DNA of 63,956 nt, counting the filler, from Chrysochromulina tobinii (Eukaryota): the NCBI GenBank assembly GCA_001275005.1. It is 7 parts of 7 records of this genome, joined end to end, with 100 filler letters (N's around TTAATTAATTAA, not from the genome) between each part and the next. Parts side by side here need not be neighbours in the genome. Positions count along the whole stretch, not along the records: positions 14,563 to 27,512 come from JWZX01000536.1; positions 27,613 to 35,335 come from JWZX01000538.1; 5 more parts are not named here. One strand, 5' to 3'. Within the stretch, counting starts at the first letter, position 1; every line of letters begins with the position of its first letter. This document shows positions 19,825 through 29,705 of this stretch, one piece after another. The notes beneath the pieces were generated by a model that had not been told where the DNA came from, did no database searches, and saw only the letters and a program-made list of their open reading frames with translations. A program made the position numbers and the translations under genes.

Positions 19825-20258
19825 ACCATGTCGGCGGCGTTGAAGCAGGTGACGTTCAAATGAGGTATCAAGGAGGGGTAGGTGACGTTGACGTGCGTCC
19901 AGCGAAAAGCGTCCTCGGCAGCAGCAGCACTGGTGCCATAGAGCGCGGAGGCATACGCAGTACGGCTGCCGATCGCATCAAAGCAGTGTTGCCACTCGCT
20001 ATGGTTGGTCGGTTCATGGCCAAGGAGCGGATCTGCGTCCTGGTCTTGCCCATTTGATGGAAACCAAGGCGGCGAGGGCGGGAGCATGGGTGGCAACGAG
20101 AGCACATCTGGAGTGTTAGCAGCTAACTTGCCCAAGCGCGGCACGCTTGTCGGCGTCGACGACGTAATCCGCTCTTCGCGTTGTTGAGCATTCTCGGCAA
20201 GGAAGCGCGCATTCTCGGAGGCTGCGGCGACGGCCCGCTCCGTGCTCATAGTCCTCAT
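19803..20258 (-). CDS. Possible short hypothetical gene or gene remnant, convergent and overlapping the zinc-finger stop
   Basis: ATG-initiated 151-aa ORF with protein-like composition that is not an antisense shadow of another gene; no recognisable domain. Confidence 0.3.
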   Translation of the reverse strand: MRTMSTERAVAAASENARFLAENAQQREERITSSTPTSVPRLGKLAANTPDVLSLPPMLPPSPPWFPSNGQDQDADPLLGHEPTNHSEWQHCFDAIGSRTAYASALYGTSAAAAEDAFRWTHVNVTYPSLIPHLNVTCFNAADMVYGQSQA

Positions 20259-20291
20259 AATCCCTACACACTAGAAAAGGCTCTTGCTTCA

Positions 20292-20361
20292 CTTACCGGT
20301 AAGACCACGGGGAGCCGGGACACACACGAGACACACGGAACACGCGGACGCTTACCGGTAA
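20292..20361 (+). mobile_element. Short dispersed repeat fragment (GGGGAGCCGGGACACACAC...CACGCGGACGC) flanked by 11-bp direct repeats
   Basis: CTTACCGGTAA at 20292-20302 and 20351-20361; interior matches 35231-35282 on another contig. Confidence 0.6.
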
Positions 20362-20417
20362 CGTCCGGTACCGGTACCGGGTAAGCTGCTACGGTCCATG
20401 TTTGTGCCACATGTCCC

Positions 20418-22379
20418 ATGATGTCCCAACGGCGCGCCCAACACGGCGCCCACTGGTGCGCCCAACACGGCGCCCACTGCCCATGCCACCGCCGCGGCGG
20501 CTCTGCGGCACCCGCTCTCAACCCGAGGATAAATCCGCCTCGCGCGCGCCACTCCACGCGCACGCGTGCAGCGCGCACGGCGCTGCTCCCGTCGGAAGGC
20601 AACGACGACGAGGGTCTGGACGCCCTCCTCGACGAGGTAGCTTCACAGTCAGGAGAAACACCGCAACAACGAATGGGTCTGCTCCCCACGATTGTCTTCA
20701 TCGTCGCTTCAGCCGCCACGACCGCCTTGTACAGCGCGCTGCTCGTCGCGCTGCACTCGCTCTCCGAGAAGCACGAAGTGACCATCGGCCAGTTCGCCGC
20801 CGCCATCGGCTACGGCCTGCTGCTCGCCCTATGGGCCGGCGCAGAGGCTGGCTTCTTCGTCATGCGGATGCAGCCGCCCTACGACGCGATCGCGACGGGC
20901 GAGGAAGACTTCAACAGCGAGGCCGAGGGCGATGAGAAGCGCAGCTTCTCGGAGGGGAGCGCCGTCGGGCGTTCGGAGCAGAGCATCCTTGGCGTCAAGC
21001 CTTCGCACCTGCCCGCGCTGCGCATGAGCGCCGAGTTTGTCGCCATCATGGGGTACATATACTTTTGCGACCGCACGACCGTCGTGGGCAAGGGGCCCAA
21101 GTATCAGTCGAAGACGGCGTTCTGGGCGGTCAACTTGGCCATCCTCGCCGTGGCCGCGTGCACGCTGCGCGGCGGGCACGGCGCCGGCGGCTCCGGTCGC
21201 GGCGCGCTCTCAGACGAGCACGAGAAGCCCCTGCAGCGCGATCAGACAGAGGAGTGGAAGGGGTGGATGCAGATCATGTTCGTGCTGTACCACTACTTCA
21301 ACGAGACCGAGATCTACAACGCGATCCGCATGTACATCGCGTGCTACGTTTGGATGACCGGCTTCGGCAACTTTTCGTACTACTACGTCAAGAAGGACTT
21401 CACGGCCGTGAGATTTGCGCAGATGATGTGGAGGCTGAACTTCTTCGTCTTCTTCGTGTGCGTCACGATGAACAACGAGTACATGCTCTACTACATCTGC
21501 CCGATGCACACGTTCTTCACGTGGGGGGTCTTCATCCCGCTCTACGTGTGCCACCAGTACAATGACAACTTCACCGTGCTCTTCGTCAAGATCGGCCTCA
21601 CGCTCGGCACGGCGCTCGTCCTCTACGACGTGCCTGGCGTCTTCCACAGCGTCATGGACCCGTTCGCGTTCTTGCTCGCGTTCCACGACCCGCTGCACCC
21701 CGAGAATTCGCCGATGCACGAGTGGTTCTTCCGCTCGGGCCTGGACCACCTCGTTTGGGTCTTCGGCATGTTCTGTGCCTTTGCGTTCCCCTTCCTCGAT
21801 CGCAAGATGCGGGCGCTCGAGGAGTTGCCCACGGCGGCGCGCAACTGCGCGCGGCTCGCGCTGCTGGCCGTGACGCTCGCGGTGACCGCCTGGTGGTACT
21901 TTAGCTACTTCGCGCTGCCCAAGCGCAGTTACAATGTGGTGCACCCATACACCTCCTTCGTAGGCATCTTCACCTATCTCGTGCTACGCAACCTGACCGC
22001 CGGGCTGCGCAAGCGCCACCTGCACCTCTTCGCATGGTGCGGCAAGATCACGCTCGAGACGTATATTCTGCAGTTCCACGTGTGGATGCGCACGACCGGC
22101 CTGAACGGCTCGCCCAAGTACCTGATGGTCTGGTTCCCAGGCTCGTACTGGCTCAACTTTCTCGTCGTGACGGCCGTGTACATCTTCGTCTCGTATCGCG
22201 TCTTCATCATCACCGCCGAACTCAAGGACGTCGTCATCCCCAAGCAAGGGGGCGTGGCGCTCATCTGGCGCTCCATGCTGATCGTGGCGGTGCTCGGCGC
22301 GCTCTACTTCGTCGCCACGCTCGCCGCCCCCGCGCTCGGGGTGCCGCTGATCGCCGCAACCATCCCGAAGCCACCCTGA
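20418..22379 (+). CDS. Cas1p/CASD1/RWA-family multi-TM O-acetyltransferase (Cas1_AcylT); unrelated to CRISPR Cas1
   Basis: LQRDQTEEWKGWMQ...YHYF...IYNAIRMYIACYVWMTGFGNFSYYY, YYICPMHT, EWFFRSGLDH, GKITLETYILQFHVW. True start may be 20673. Confidence 0.93.
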   Translation: MMSQRRAQHGAHWCAQHGAHCPCHRRGGSAAPALNPRINPPRARHSTRTRAARTALLPSEGNDDEGLDALLDEVASQSGETPQQRMGLLPTIVFIVASAATTALYSALLVALHSLSEKHEVTIGQFAAAIGYGLLLALWAGAEAGFFVMRMQPPYDAIATGEEDFNSEAEGDEKRSFSEGSAVGRSEQSILGVKPSHLPALRMSAEFVAIMGYIYFCDRTTVVGKGPKYQSKTAFWAVNLAILAVAACTLRGGHGAGGSGRGALSDEHEKPLQRDQTEEWKGWMQIMFVLYHYFNETEIYNAIRMYIACYVWMTGFGNFSYYYVKKDFTAVRFAQMMWRLNFFVFFVCVTMNNEYMLYYICPMHTFFTWGVFIPLYVCHQYNDNFTVLFVKIGLTLGTALVLYDVPGVFHSVMDPFAFLLAFHDPLHPENSPMHEWFFRSGLDHLVWVFGMFCAFAFPFLDRKMRALEELPTAARNCARLALLAVTLAVTAWWYFSYFALPKRSYNVVHPYTSFVGIFTYLVLRNLTAGLRKRHLHLFAWCGKITLETYILQFHVWMRTTGLNGSPKYLMVWFPGSYWLNFLVVTAVYIFVSYRVFIITAELKDVVIPKQGGVALIWRSMLIVAVLGALYFVATLAAPALGVPLIAATIPKPP

Positions 22380-22932
22380 GCATCGCGGTGTGAATTCACA
22401 CGCCCTGAGTATCGCGGATCAAGTACTCAGGGTTGGAAAGTGGAGGATATTCATTTGGTGACCGTCACATCAGCGTCGCATCGCAACTGTGCTGACTGCA
22501 GTGCGAGAACCGCATGGGCCCCGGGGCGTGCCAGGGGAAAGATATGTTCTACGAGAGGTCGTTCGATACCATATGGGGTAGCGTGCCCGCGGCCGCGCTA
22601 TTTTTCTTCGCTTAAACCTTATACGCGATGATACGATTACACGCGACGGTCGCAGTACGGCGTATGCGAAAAGTCTGAAAAAGTGCGCACGTCGGTCGTC
22701 GTCGCGTCGCGTCCTCGCGACTCACGTCCGGCCGCTACGAGAAGTCGAGAACGCTAACTTACCGACTTACGCCGGACACGGTGACGGTCACCGATAGTCC
22801 GGCCGGTCTCGCAACTCGCGAACAGCGGTCACGTCAGTGCGCATAAGCATCACTCTCGCGGTCTCGTGTCTCGAGAGCGAGTGAGCGAGAGCACTCTGAA
22901 CCCAACTCGCCCGAGTCGCGACGGTTTCGCCA

Positions 22933-25752
22933 TCACACCGGCCGATAGCGGTACACGACATCGGTGGAGACGGGAATCCCATGCTCATCCATCAGACGCA
23001 CGTGCTCCTGCACCAGTCGGGCCGTCAACGGCCGCGTCGTTGGGCCATTTGTGGACGGCGCTTGTGGGGTCATCGACCTGCTGTTCCATCCGCGCGACGA
23101 CAGCACGACGATGGTCCGCGGCGTCGCAGCGGTCTTCGGCCGTGGTGCCGGCGGCGGGGCTGCGGCATGCGCCGGCGTCCTCCACTGCTGCAGAAAGCCC
23201 CGAGGCGTCGGCTGACGAGCGCCGACTGCAGAGGAAGCAGGAGCAGGAGCGGGAGCAGGAGCGGGAGCAGCAGGAGGAGCAACAGCAGCAACAGCAGCAG
23301 CAGCAGCAGCACCACCACCACCCGCCGCCGCACGCGCGGGGCTGCCGCCGGGGCTACCGCCCGCCAGCCGCGCGCTCCAGATATGCTCCAGGACCGTCTC
23401 CCCTCCCCGCCACGAGCCCTTTTCGGAACGCTTTTGGAGCAGTGAGGCCTCCCGCGTGAGTTTCATCTGTTCACGGATGGCCTCTTCGCCGTGCGACCAG
23501 CCATTCTCGATCTCTCGACGCTCGCTCGCAGACAGCTGGTGGAGGCGCCGGCCCGCCAGTTGCTCTCCGAGGGCCGGAGAGGACGACGGTGATGGTGACG
23601 AGGCAGGCGCGTGGGTGTCCTCAGCAGCGGCGGCGGCGGGCGCGGCGCTCGATGCGGCGCTCGTCCCGCCACGAAGGGGTTGCCAGGATCGAGCGTCCGC
23701 GGCGCGGTGCCGCGGCTCATCGGCGCGCGGTCTGGCCGCCACGTCAGCGCCAAGGGCCAACAGCACCGACGAGGCAGTCGCTGGCACCGCGGTGGCAAAG
23801 GAGGCCCTCGTGTATCTCGAGGTGTATCTCGAGGGCGCGCCCGACGCGGCGCGGGGGGAGCCCGCGCTCGTGAAATCTCGATGTGTATCTCGATGTGTAT
23901 CTCGGTGTGTATCTCGGGGGGAGCCCGCGCTCGTGATCGGCATCCGAGGCAGAGCCTCGCCGAAGGCGTCCGTTCGCGGCACGCCTCGGTAGATGGCCGA
24001 GGCCTGAAAGGGCGCGTCTTTGAACTCAAAGTGGCGCGCTCCCCCCTGCAGCGCAGCGAGCGCCTTGCCGAATTCTGGCGCGTGACGAAGCGCGCCGATC
24101 AGCGCGGTGCGAGCGCCGGCGCATCCGAAGACATGTAGCAGAGCGCTCTCAGAGAGCGCGGCGAGCGCGAGGAGGGCCAGGCCGCCCCGTCGCTGCACAT
24201 CCTCCTTGACGCCGTGCAGCCGCATTGCCGCCACGAGAGCCTCGACGCTGCCGGGAAAGTGGAGCACCTCCTCGGCCGCTGCCCCGTTCTGCTCGCCCTC
24301 GCGAGGCGTGCACAGCACGACGAAGGCATGCAGCACGGCCGTGGCGTGGCTTGCGAGGGTCGCGTCCGCCGGATGGCGATGCATCGCCGCGAGGGTCGCG
24401 CCGAGGCTGCCGGCCGCTCGCACCGCCGCAACGCCACGTCCGCCGTGGACCGGATGAGCCGACCATCCGGTCGCGGCGCGACGCAGAATCGCCAACCCTG
24501 CGCGCTGCGTCACGAGCAGGGTTGGGTGCAGGCGCATCACGCCGATCACGGCGTCGAGCGCGTTCCGGGACTTGGCGCGCTCGGCGCCCGCCGCGGCGCC
24601 CGACACCGGTGGCGGCGCCATCGCAGCCGCCGCCGCCGTCACCGACACCGCCGACGCTGCCGCCGCCGCCGCCGCCGCCGATGCCGAAGTGAGGGCGGCG
24701 CCGCCAGCCTGGTACAATAGAAGGGCGTCGACCTCTTTTGAGATGGCCTTCTTCGGCAACGGCTCCGCCGCAGCCGCCTCCTCCGTCGCCGCGATGGACT
24801 CGATCACACGCGTCGTCTCGAGCAGGGCGGAGAGCACCTCTTCGCTATCTCCGAGCGAGATCGCCTCGAGGGCGCGGAGGGCCTCGTGATGCAGGCCGAG
24901 CACGCTGCTGCCTGGCCGATCGGACGGGTGCGCCGCGAGGGCGCGCACGATGAGGCCGACCGCGCCACGCTCGAGCACGAACGCGCGCCCGCCGTGCTCG
25001 CACACGAGGGTGATGAGCTTGCTCATCAGCCGCTGGACCTCGGGATGGGCGACTTGCGCGACCGCCGCCGGCGTCGCTGCCTCGACGTCTGCGCGGAGCC
25101 TATCCAGGGTCACGGGCCTGCGCGTGCGTGGTCTGGCGACGTCTCGGACGCCGGCTCCACCCACGACCGAGGGCGGGTAGTAGGTGGCGGTCAGTACGGA
25201 CGTGGACGGCGGCCGCTCGTCGAGAGCATGCACGAGACGCTGCAGGCAGCGAACCGTTAGATCGGCCGACGCAGGCCCAAACTCCTTGAGCACGACGCCC
25301 GCGGCATCGCTGCTCCCGGCGTCCACCGAGGCGGGCGTCGGAAGCGGCGTGCCGCACGAGCTGATGTGGCCGCACGCCCAGCCTTGGCCCTGGCACTCGT
25401 ATGAGCAGTAGTGCACCATCCGGCACCGGCTGCAGTCGACCCACTCGAACTGCCGCGGGCTCTCCGCGCCACAGTAGGCGCAGCACGACGTGAGCTCCGA
25501 AAAGCACTGGCGCTGGCGCCGCGAGACCGTCGGGCGGTCCTCTGGCTCCGACTGCTGCGCCGTGGCAGTCCGCGCCAGCGAGGCGACCTCGGCAAACCTC
25601 GCGGTCGCCTTCTGCTTGTCTCCGGCGGCCAAAGCACGCTCGGCGTCTCGAATGCCGTCGTTCGCCTCAGCCCCACCGATGCCGTGCTCGAGCACGCGGT
25701 AGGCCTTCGCGCGCGCAGACTCGAGAGCCACTACGGAAATCGAACGTTCCAT
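22933..25752 (-). CDS. MYND zinc-finger + armadillo-like repeat protein
   Basis: CAYC...CSRC...YCSYECQ...W..GH...C; helical repeats such as VEALVAAMRLH...VQRRGGLALLALA; ATG 25752. Confidence 0.85.
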   Translation of the reverse strand: MERSISVVALESARAKAYRVLEHGIGGAEANDGIRDAERALAAGDKQKATARFAEVASLARTATAQQSEPEDRPTVSRRQRQCFSELTSCCAYCGAESPRQFEWVDCSRCRMVHYCSYECQGQGWACGHISSCGTPLPTPASVDAGSSDAAGVVLKEFGPASADLTVRCLQRLVHALDERPPSTSVLTATYYPPSVVGGAGVRDVARPRTRRPVTLDRLRADVEAATPAAVAQVAHPEVQRLMSKLITLVCEHGGRAFVLERGAVGLIVRALAAHPSDRPGSSVLGLHHEALRALEAISLGDSEEVLSALLETTRVIESIAATEEAAAAEPLPKKAISKEVDALLLYQAGGAALTSASAAAAAAAASAVSVTAAAAAMAPPPVSGAAAGAERAKSRNALDAVIGVMRLHPTLLVTQRAGLAILRRAATGWSAHPVHGGRGVAAVRAAGSLGATLAAMHRHPADATLASHATAVLHAFVVLCTPREGEQNGAAAEEVLHFPGSVEALVAAMRLHGVKEDVQRRGGLALLALAALSESALLHVFGCAGARTALIGALRHAPEFGKALAALQGGARHFEFKDAPFQASAIYRGVPRTDAFGEALPRMPITSAGSPRDTHRDTHRDTHRDFTSAGSPRAASGAPSRYTSRYTRASFATAVPATASSVLLALGADVAARPRADEPRHRAADARSWQPLRGGTSAASSAAPAAAAAEDTHAPASSPSPSSSPALGEQLAGRRLHQLSASERREIENGWSHGEEAIREQMKLTREASLLQKRSEKGSWRGGETVLEHIWSARLAGGSPGGSPARAAAGGGGAAAAAAVAAVAPPAAPAPAPAPAPASSAVGARQPTPRGFLQQWRTPAHAAAPPPAPRPKTAATPRTIVVLSSRGWNSRSMTPQAPSTNGPTTRPLTARLVQEHVRLMDEHGIPVSTDVVYRYRPV

Positions 25753-25922
25753 AAACGTCACTTCCGAATTGCGAAAGAGAAATCTGCAAGGGAAATCCGC
25801 AATCCATGTACGGTTGCGAGACAGTTCACAGTCGCTCGCCGGTGTTTTTGATACGTGACGCAAGGTCGGAGTACGTCCTCATGTCGTAATGATGGCATTC
25901 ATCAACATAATTTTCCAACTGA

Positions 25923-27451
25923 TTGTGCGACATCGGAAACGGAGTGTGGGAGGTCGTCGACAGTGGCCGCGACTCCTCGTGTACCACGGCACTTTCATCA
26001 GGCCGCGTCAAACCGCACCCATTAATGAACACCGTCGAGATCACAAGCGCTGAAGACCAGGAACCTCGACGCCTAACCATCGAACCGGTCGTAGATTTTC
26101 CACCACGGTCAGTCAGCGGCACGCCTGTAAGCAAGCAGCCGGCGCTGGACCTCACGAAGCTGTGCAGCAACTTAAAGACTGGCAGTGACTTGAACTCGCT
26201 ACTCGAGGTCTCCCAGCTCCTCCACCAGTCCCGTCTGAAGAAGTCGTACGGAATGTCTGAAACCATGGTCATGCTCAACTTCCAGCTTCCATCTGCTACC
26301 GACGAAATGTCTGTGTCCAAACCTTTGACCGTTCGCAAGGGTGGCATGATCGACACGACATGCGTGAAGGATGTCATGGCGTCCTGCGCGTCCGCGGCGG
26401 AGGTGCCCGTCAATTGGTTTCATGTGAACACATTTCATTACGACGACACCCTCAAGAGCTCAGAGTGCCCTGACCTTAAGGCTCTCATCGAGATCGGCGA
26501 GGCGCTCGGCATCACCAGCGGCGTCATTAAGAATACGATGAAGAACTACAACAAGGGGATGATCTGCGCGGAATCAGGCCCCGATTGTGTAGGCATCGCT
26601 TTCGTCGACCTCGTGCGTGTGGACTCGATGGGCCAGGAGGTGCCCCCCCCGAAGCACCTCGTCCGAGCTCAAACCACAGGTGTGTTGAAGGGCCAGGAGC
26701 ACACTGAGACGTATCAAATGGGTGGCGAAGACGAAGCAAACAGCAAGGTGTCACACATCAAGACCATCGTGCAGCAGCCCATCGCGATCTTCTATTCCTC
26801 AAAGGCGAACACGTGCCTGTCGGTGCGCACCGCGCCAAGCGGCCTCGAGACGCACATGTGCCACTGGGGTGGCATTGTGAAGCAACTGGAGAGTAAGACC
26901 TCGCTCGTGCATAAAAAGATGGACGCCGCGTACCTGATGTTCCTCCTGATTGCTGAGGTAATCAACTCAATCGAGCCGCTGCTCAACACGTACGGAGATG
27001 CGCTCGACGGGCTCGATTTCCTCTTTGACGAGTTCGAGCCCACCGTACGGCGCAACATGATGTCTCGCAGAATTCAAAAGGATCTATGGGTGATCAGGCG
27101 CTGGGGCTGGCAGATGAGTACTACTGCGCAGGACCTCGCGGTGGACCCGTGGGACGTGTTCACCGATCATCAGGAGAAGCCGCTCAAGATGCTCTTGACG
27201 CAGAGCAACACTCTCGCGGAGACCGCAAGAGCGTACATTACGAAGGCGGACTCGCAGGAGGATTTCTTCAGCCAGACGCAGGAGCAGACGACCAACAACC
27301 TGCTCTTCAACCTCACCATCGTCACAATCGGCATGTTGCCGCCCCAGTTTTTCACGGGCGTCTACGGCATGAACTTCGTGAACAAGGAGAATGGGGATCC
27401 CGGCATCCCGGAGCTGATGCACCCTTATGGCTACCAGATCTTGTGGGGATG
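25923..27451 (+). CDS. corA: CorA/MRS2-family Mg2+ transporter, 3'-truncated (probable donor GTGCGT at 27452, then contig end)
   Basis: LTIVTIGMLPPQFFTGVYGMNF...IPEL (GMN signature). Start uncertain. Confidence 0.88.
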
Positions 27452-27469
27452 GTGCGTGCACATCCCCGC

Positions 27470-27512
<43 letters not shown>

Positions 27513-27612
27513 NNNNNNNNNNNNNNNNNNNNNNNNNNNNNNNNNNNNNNNNNNNNTTAATTAATTAANNNNNNNNNNNNNNNNNNNNNNNNNNNNNNNN
27601 NNNNNNNNNNNN

Positions 27613-28720
27613 CGCCGCCCGCGCTGCCGCCCGCGCTGCCGCCAGCGCCGCCGCCCGCGCTGCCGCGCGCGCTGCTGCCGCCGCAGCCTCCACGAGCATG
27701 CGACGCGAGCGCCTCGCGCATCATCGCCTCCCGTGCCGCCTCACGAGATGCGTCGAGAGGCGTCATCCGTGGGGCTCCGCCGGCGTCCACACCCACGCCA
27801 GCGAACCGCCGAACGCCCGGCGCCATCGGCGGCGGTGGACCACCGTGACCACTCAGCATCGCCGGCGGTGGACGCGGCTTATTGACGATGTGCTGGCACA
27901 GGGGGGCGTGCCTTTCCCAGGCAGCTGGGGCGAAAGTGCGACCGCAGTGTGGGCAAGCCTCGAAGCGGTCTGCGCCGCGGCTGCCGCCGCCGTATGCGCC
28001 GGCAGCGCCACCGTTGTACGACGCCGCGCCACGACCACCGTTGCCACCCTTGCCACCCTTGCCGCCGCCGCCACCGCCGCCGCCTGCGCGACCGCCGCCA
28101 CGGGCTGCACGGATAGCCTCTCGGAACGCCAACGACTCCTGCCTCCAGTGGGATGCGGTTGGGCGGCGCGGCGCGGCAGAGGTCGTTCGCGCGCTACACG
28201 TTCCACTGACACGGCGGGCCTGCTGTGTCGGCCTGCGGGCACTGGAGCTGCCCAACGCTGCGGCCAACTGCGGGCTGCGCGCCGGGCCATGCTTGAGGCC
28301 GGCACAAATGTACTGGTGCTTCGCAATGCGGTCCGGGCTGAACTTGCGCCCGCACCGTGCGCACGGCACGCGGCCGTCCACGTCCACAGGCTGAATGGCC
28401 ATCGGCGGACGCTTCCGTGCAGCGGACACCGCTGCGGCCGAGACTGGACCCGAGCTGCACTCGCCGCAGCTCGGGCCACGGCTGGAGCGTGCGCCACCGC
28501 GGCCACTGCGGCCACCGCCTAAATCGCTGAAGCGCTGAGTAGCCGCTTTGCACTGCATCATGTGCAGGTTGAGCTCCGCCTGTGGCATCTCCATGTTGCA
28601 TGCGGGGCACGGCACCATCATGCTCTGCTGCTTTCGCGCGCACTGCTGCATGTGGAACTGCAGCGAGTGCGCGAAGCACGCGCGACCGCAGTGCGGGCAG
28701 GAGACGTTTGGGGGCGGCAT
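27613..28720 (-). CDS. C2HC zinc-finger protein (ZC2HC1-like), 3'-truncated
   Basis: Four C-x2-C...H-x3-C motifs (CPHCGR, CPAC, CARCGRKF, CPHCGRTF) and WRQESLAFREAIRAAR. Confidence 0.85.
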
Positions 28721-28944
28721 TATGTGCCGCGCAGGTTGTAGAGGGTGCTCGCACTCGCTCCGCTCGCGGGACGAGCGCGTGTGAAATTGCTGTGAACAAG
28801 ACAAAATTGAGTCGAAAACCTTCTCCCCAATTCCCCACACACCCCATGCACAGCCCACACACTAAAAAGAATCCGCACGGCGGACGGAGTCGGAGTCGCA
28901 ATGTCTCATCCCCGTTCGGTTAACCCCCAGCGTTCCCCGGCCTT

Positions 28945-29579
28945 CCATGGCGCAGCTCTTCACAATGTGAAGGCCGGCCGAGATGATCACACGGTTCTCG
29001 ACCAGCCACTTCTTGGGCACTTCCAGCTTGTAGCCTTCGCCATCGGGACCGCAGCGCACCGCGCAGCCGGTCACCGGGTCAAGGAAGATGAGGCGGTACT
29101 TGTCCTTTAGGAACTCTCTCTTGACGAGCTGCATGAGCTTTGAGCTCGAGGCCTGCATCGGCAGGAGCACGAAGAGGCGCGGGCAGTCGAGCTCACCCTC
29201 GGCGAGCCGGTTGAGGCTGCGCTCAAGACTCTGCATCTTGGCTTCGGTCTCCAGCATCGCCTGTTGGAACATGTCCGACTGCCGCTGCAGCATCGCACTC
29301 AGCGCGCTCGAAAGCTCGCCACCGGTACCGCCGGGCATCTGCGAATGCACCGCGTAAGCATTCTGGCGCAGCAGGCCCTGCGACGTTTCCAAGGCCGCCT
29401 TCTCCTCAGCCAGTTCTGTCAGCTCCGCCGCCGTCGTCGTCGCGTCGCCCTGTGCCGCGCCAATCTGCACGAGGGCGACGCCGAGCGTCTCCGCCTCGGA
29501 TTCAGTTGAGATCAGCCGCATCGCCAGCGCCAGCTGCGACGCCTCCAGATCGGACCCCTTTGAGAGTGAGTGCTCCATC
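28945..29579 (-). pseudogene. 635-bp partial duplicate of the 3' region (30227-30861) of the neighbouring kinase gene
   Basis: Near-identical at constant offset 1282; ORF 28862..29611 repeats MEHSLSKG...IVKSCAM with few substitutions. Confidence 0.9.
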
Positions 29580-29705
29580 ACCAATTTACTCGTACCGATT
29601 GAACCACACATTGATGCTCGATGGGACGTCTCGCGAGTTGCGACTTGCAGAGCATGCGGTGCAAGTAGCGGCTATGCCAAGGTTTATCGATGGTTTCTTC
29701 GTCGA

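Noticed and set aside
20418..22379. 'Cas1' domain as a CRISPR component
   Set aside because: Cas1_AcylT is a membrane O-acetyltransferase named after a fungal capsule gene; no CRISPR array or cas genes are present.
27471..27512. Poly-C run read as a poly-proline tail of CorA
   Set aside because: It lies at a contig end after a probable splice donor; likely intronic or a sequencing artefact.
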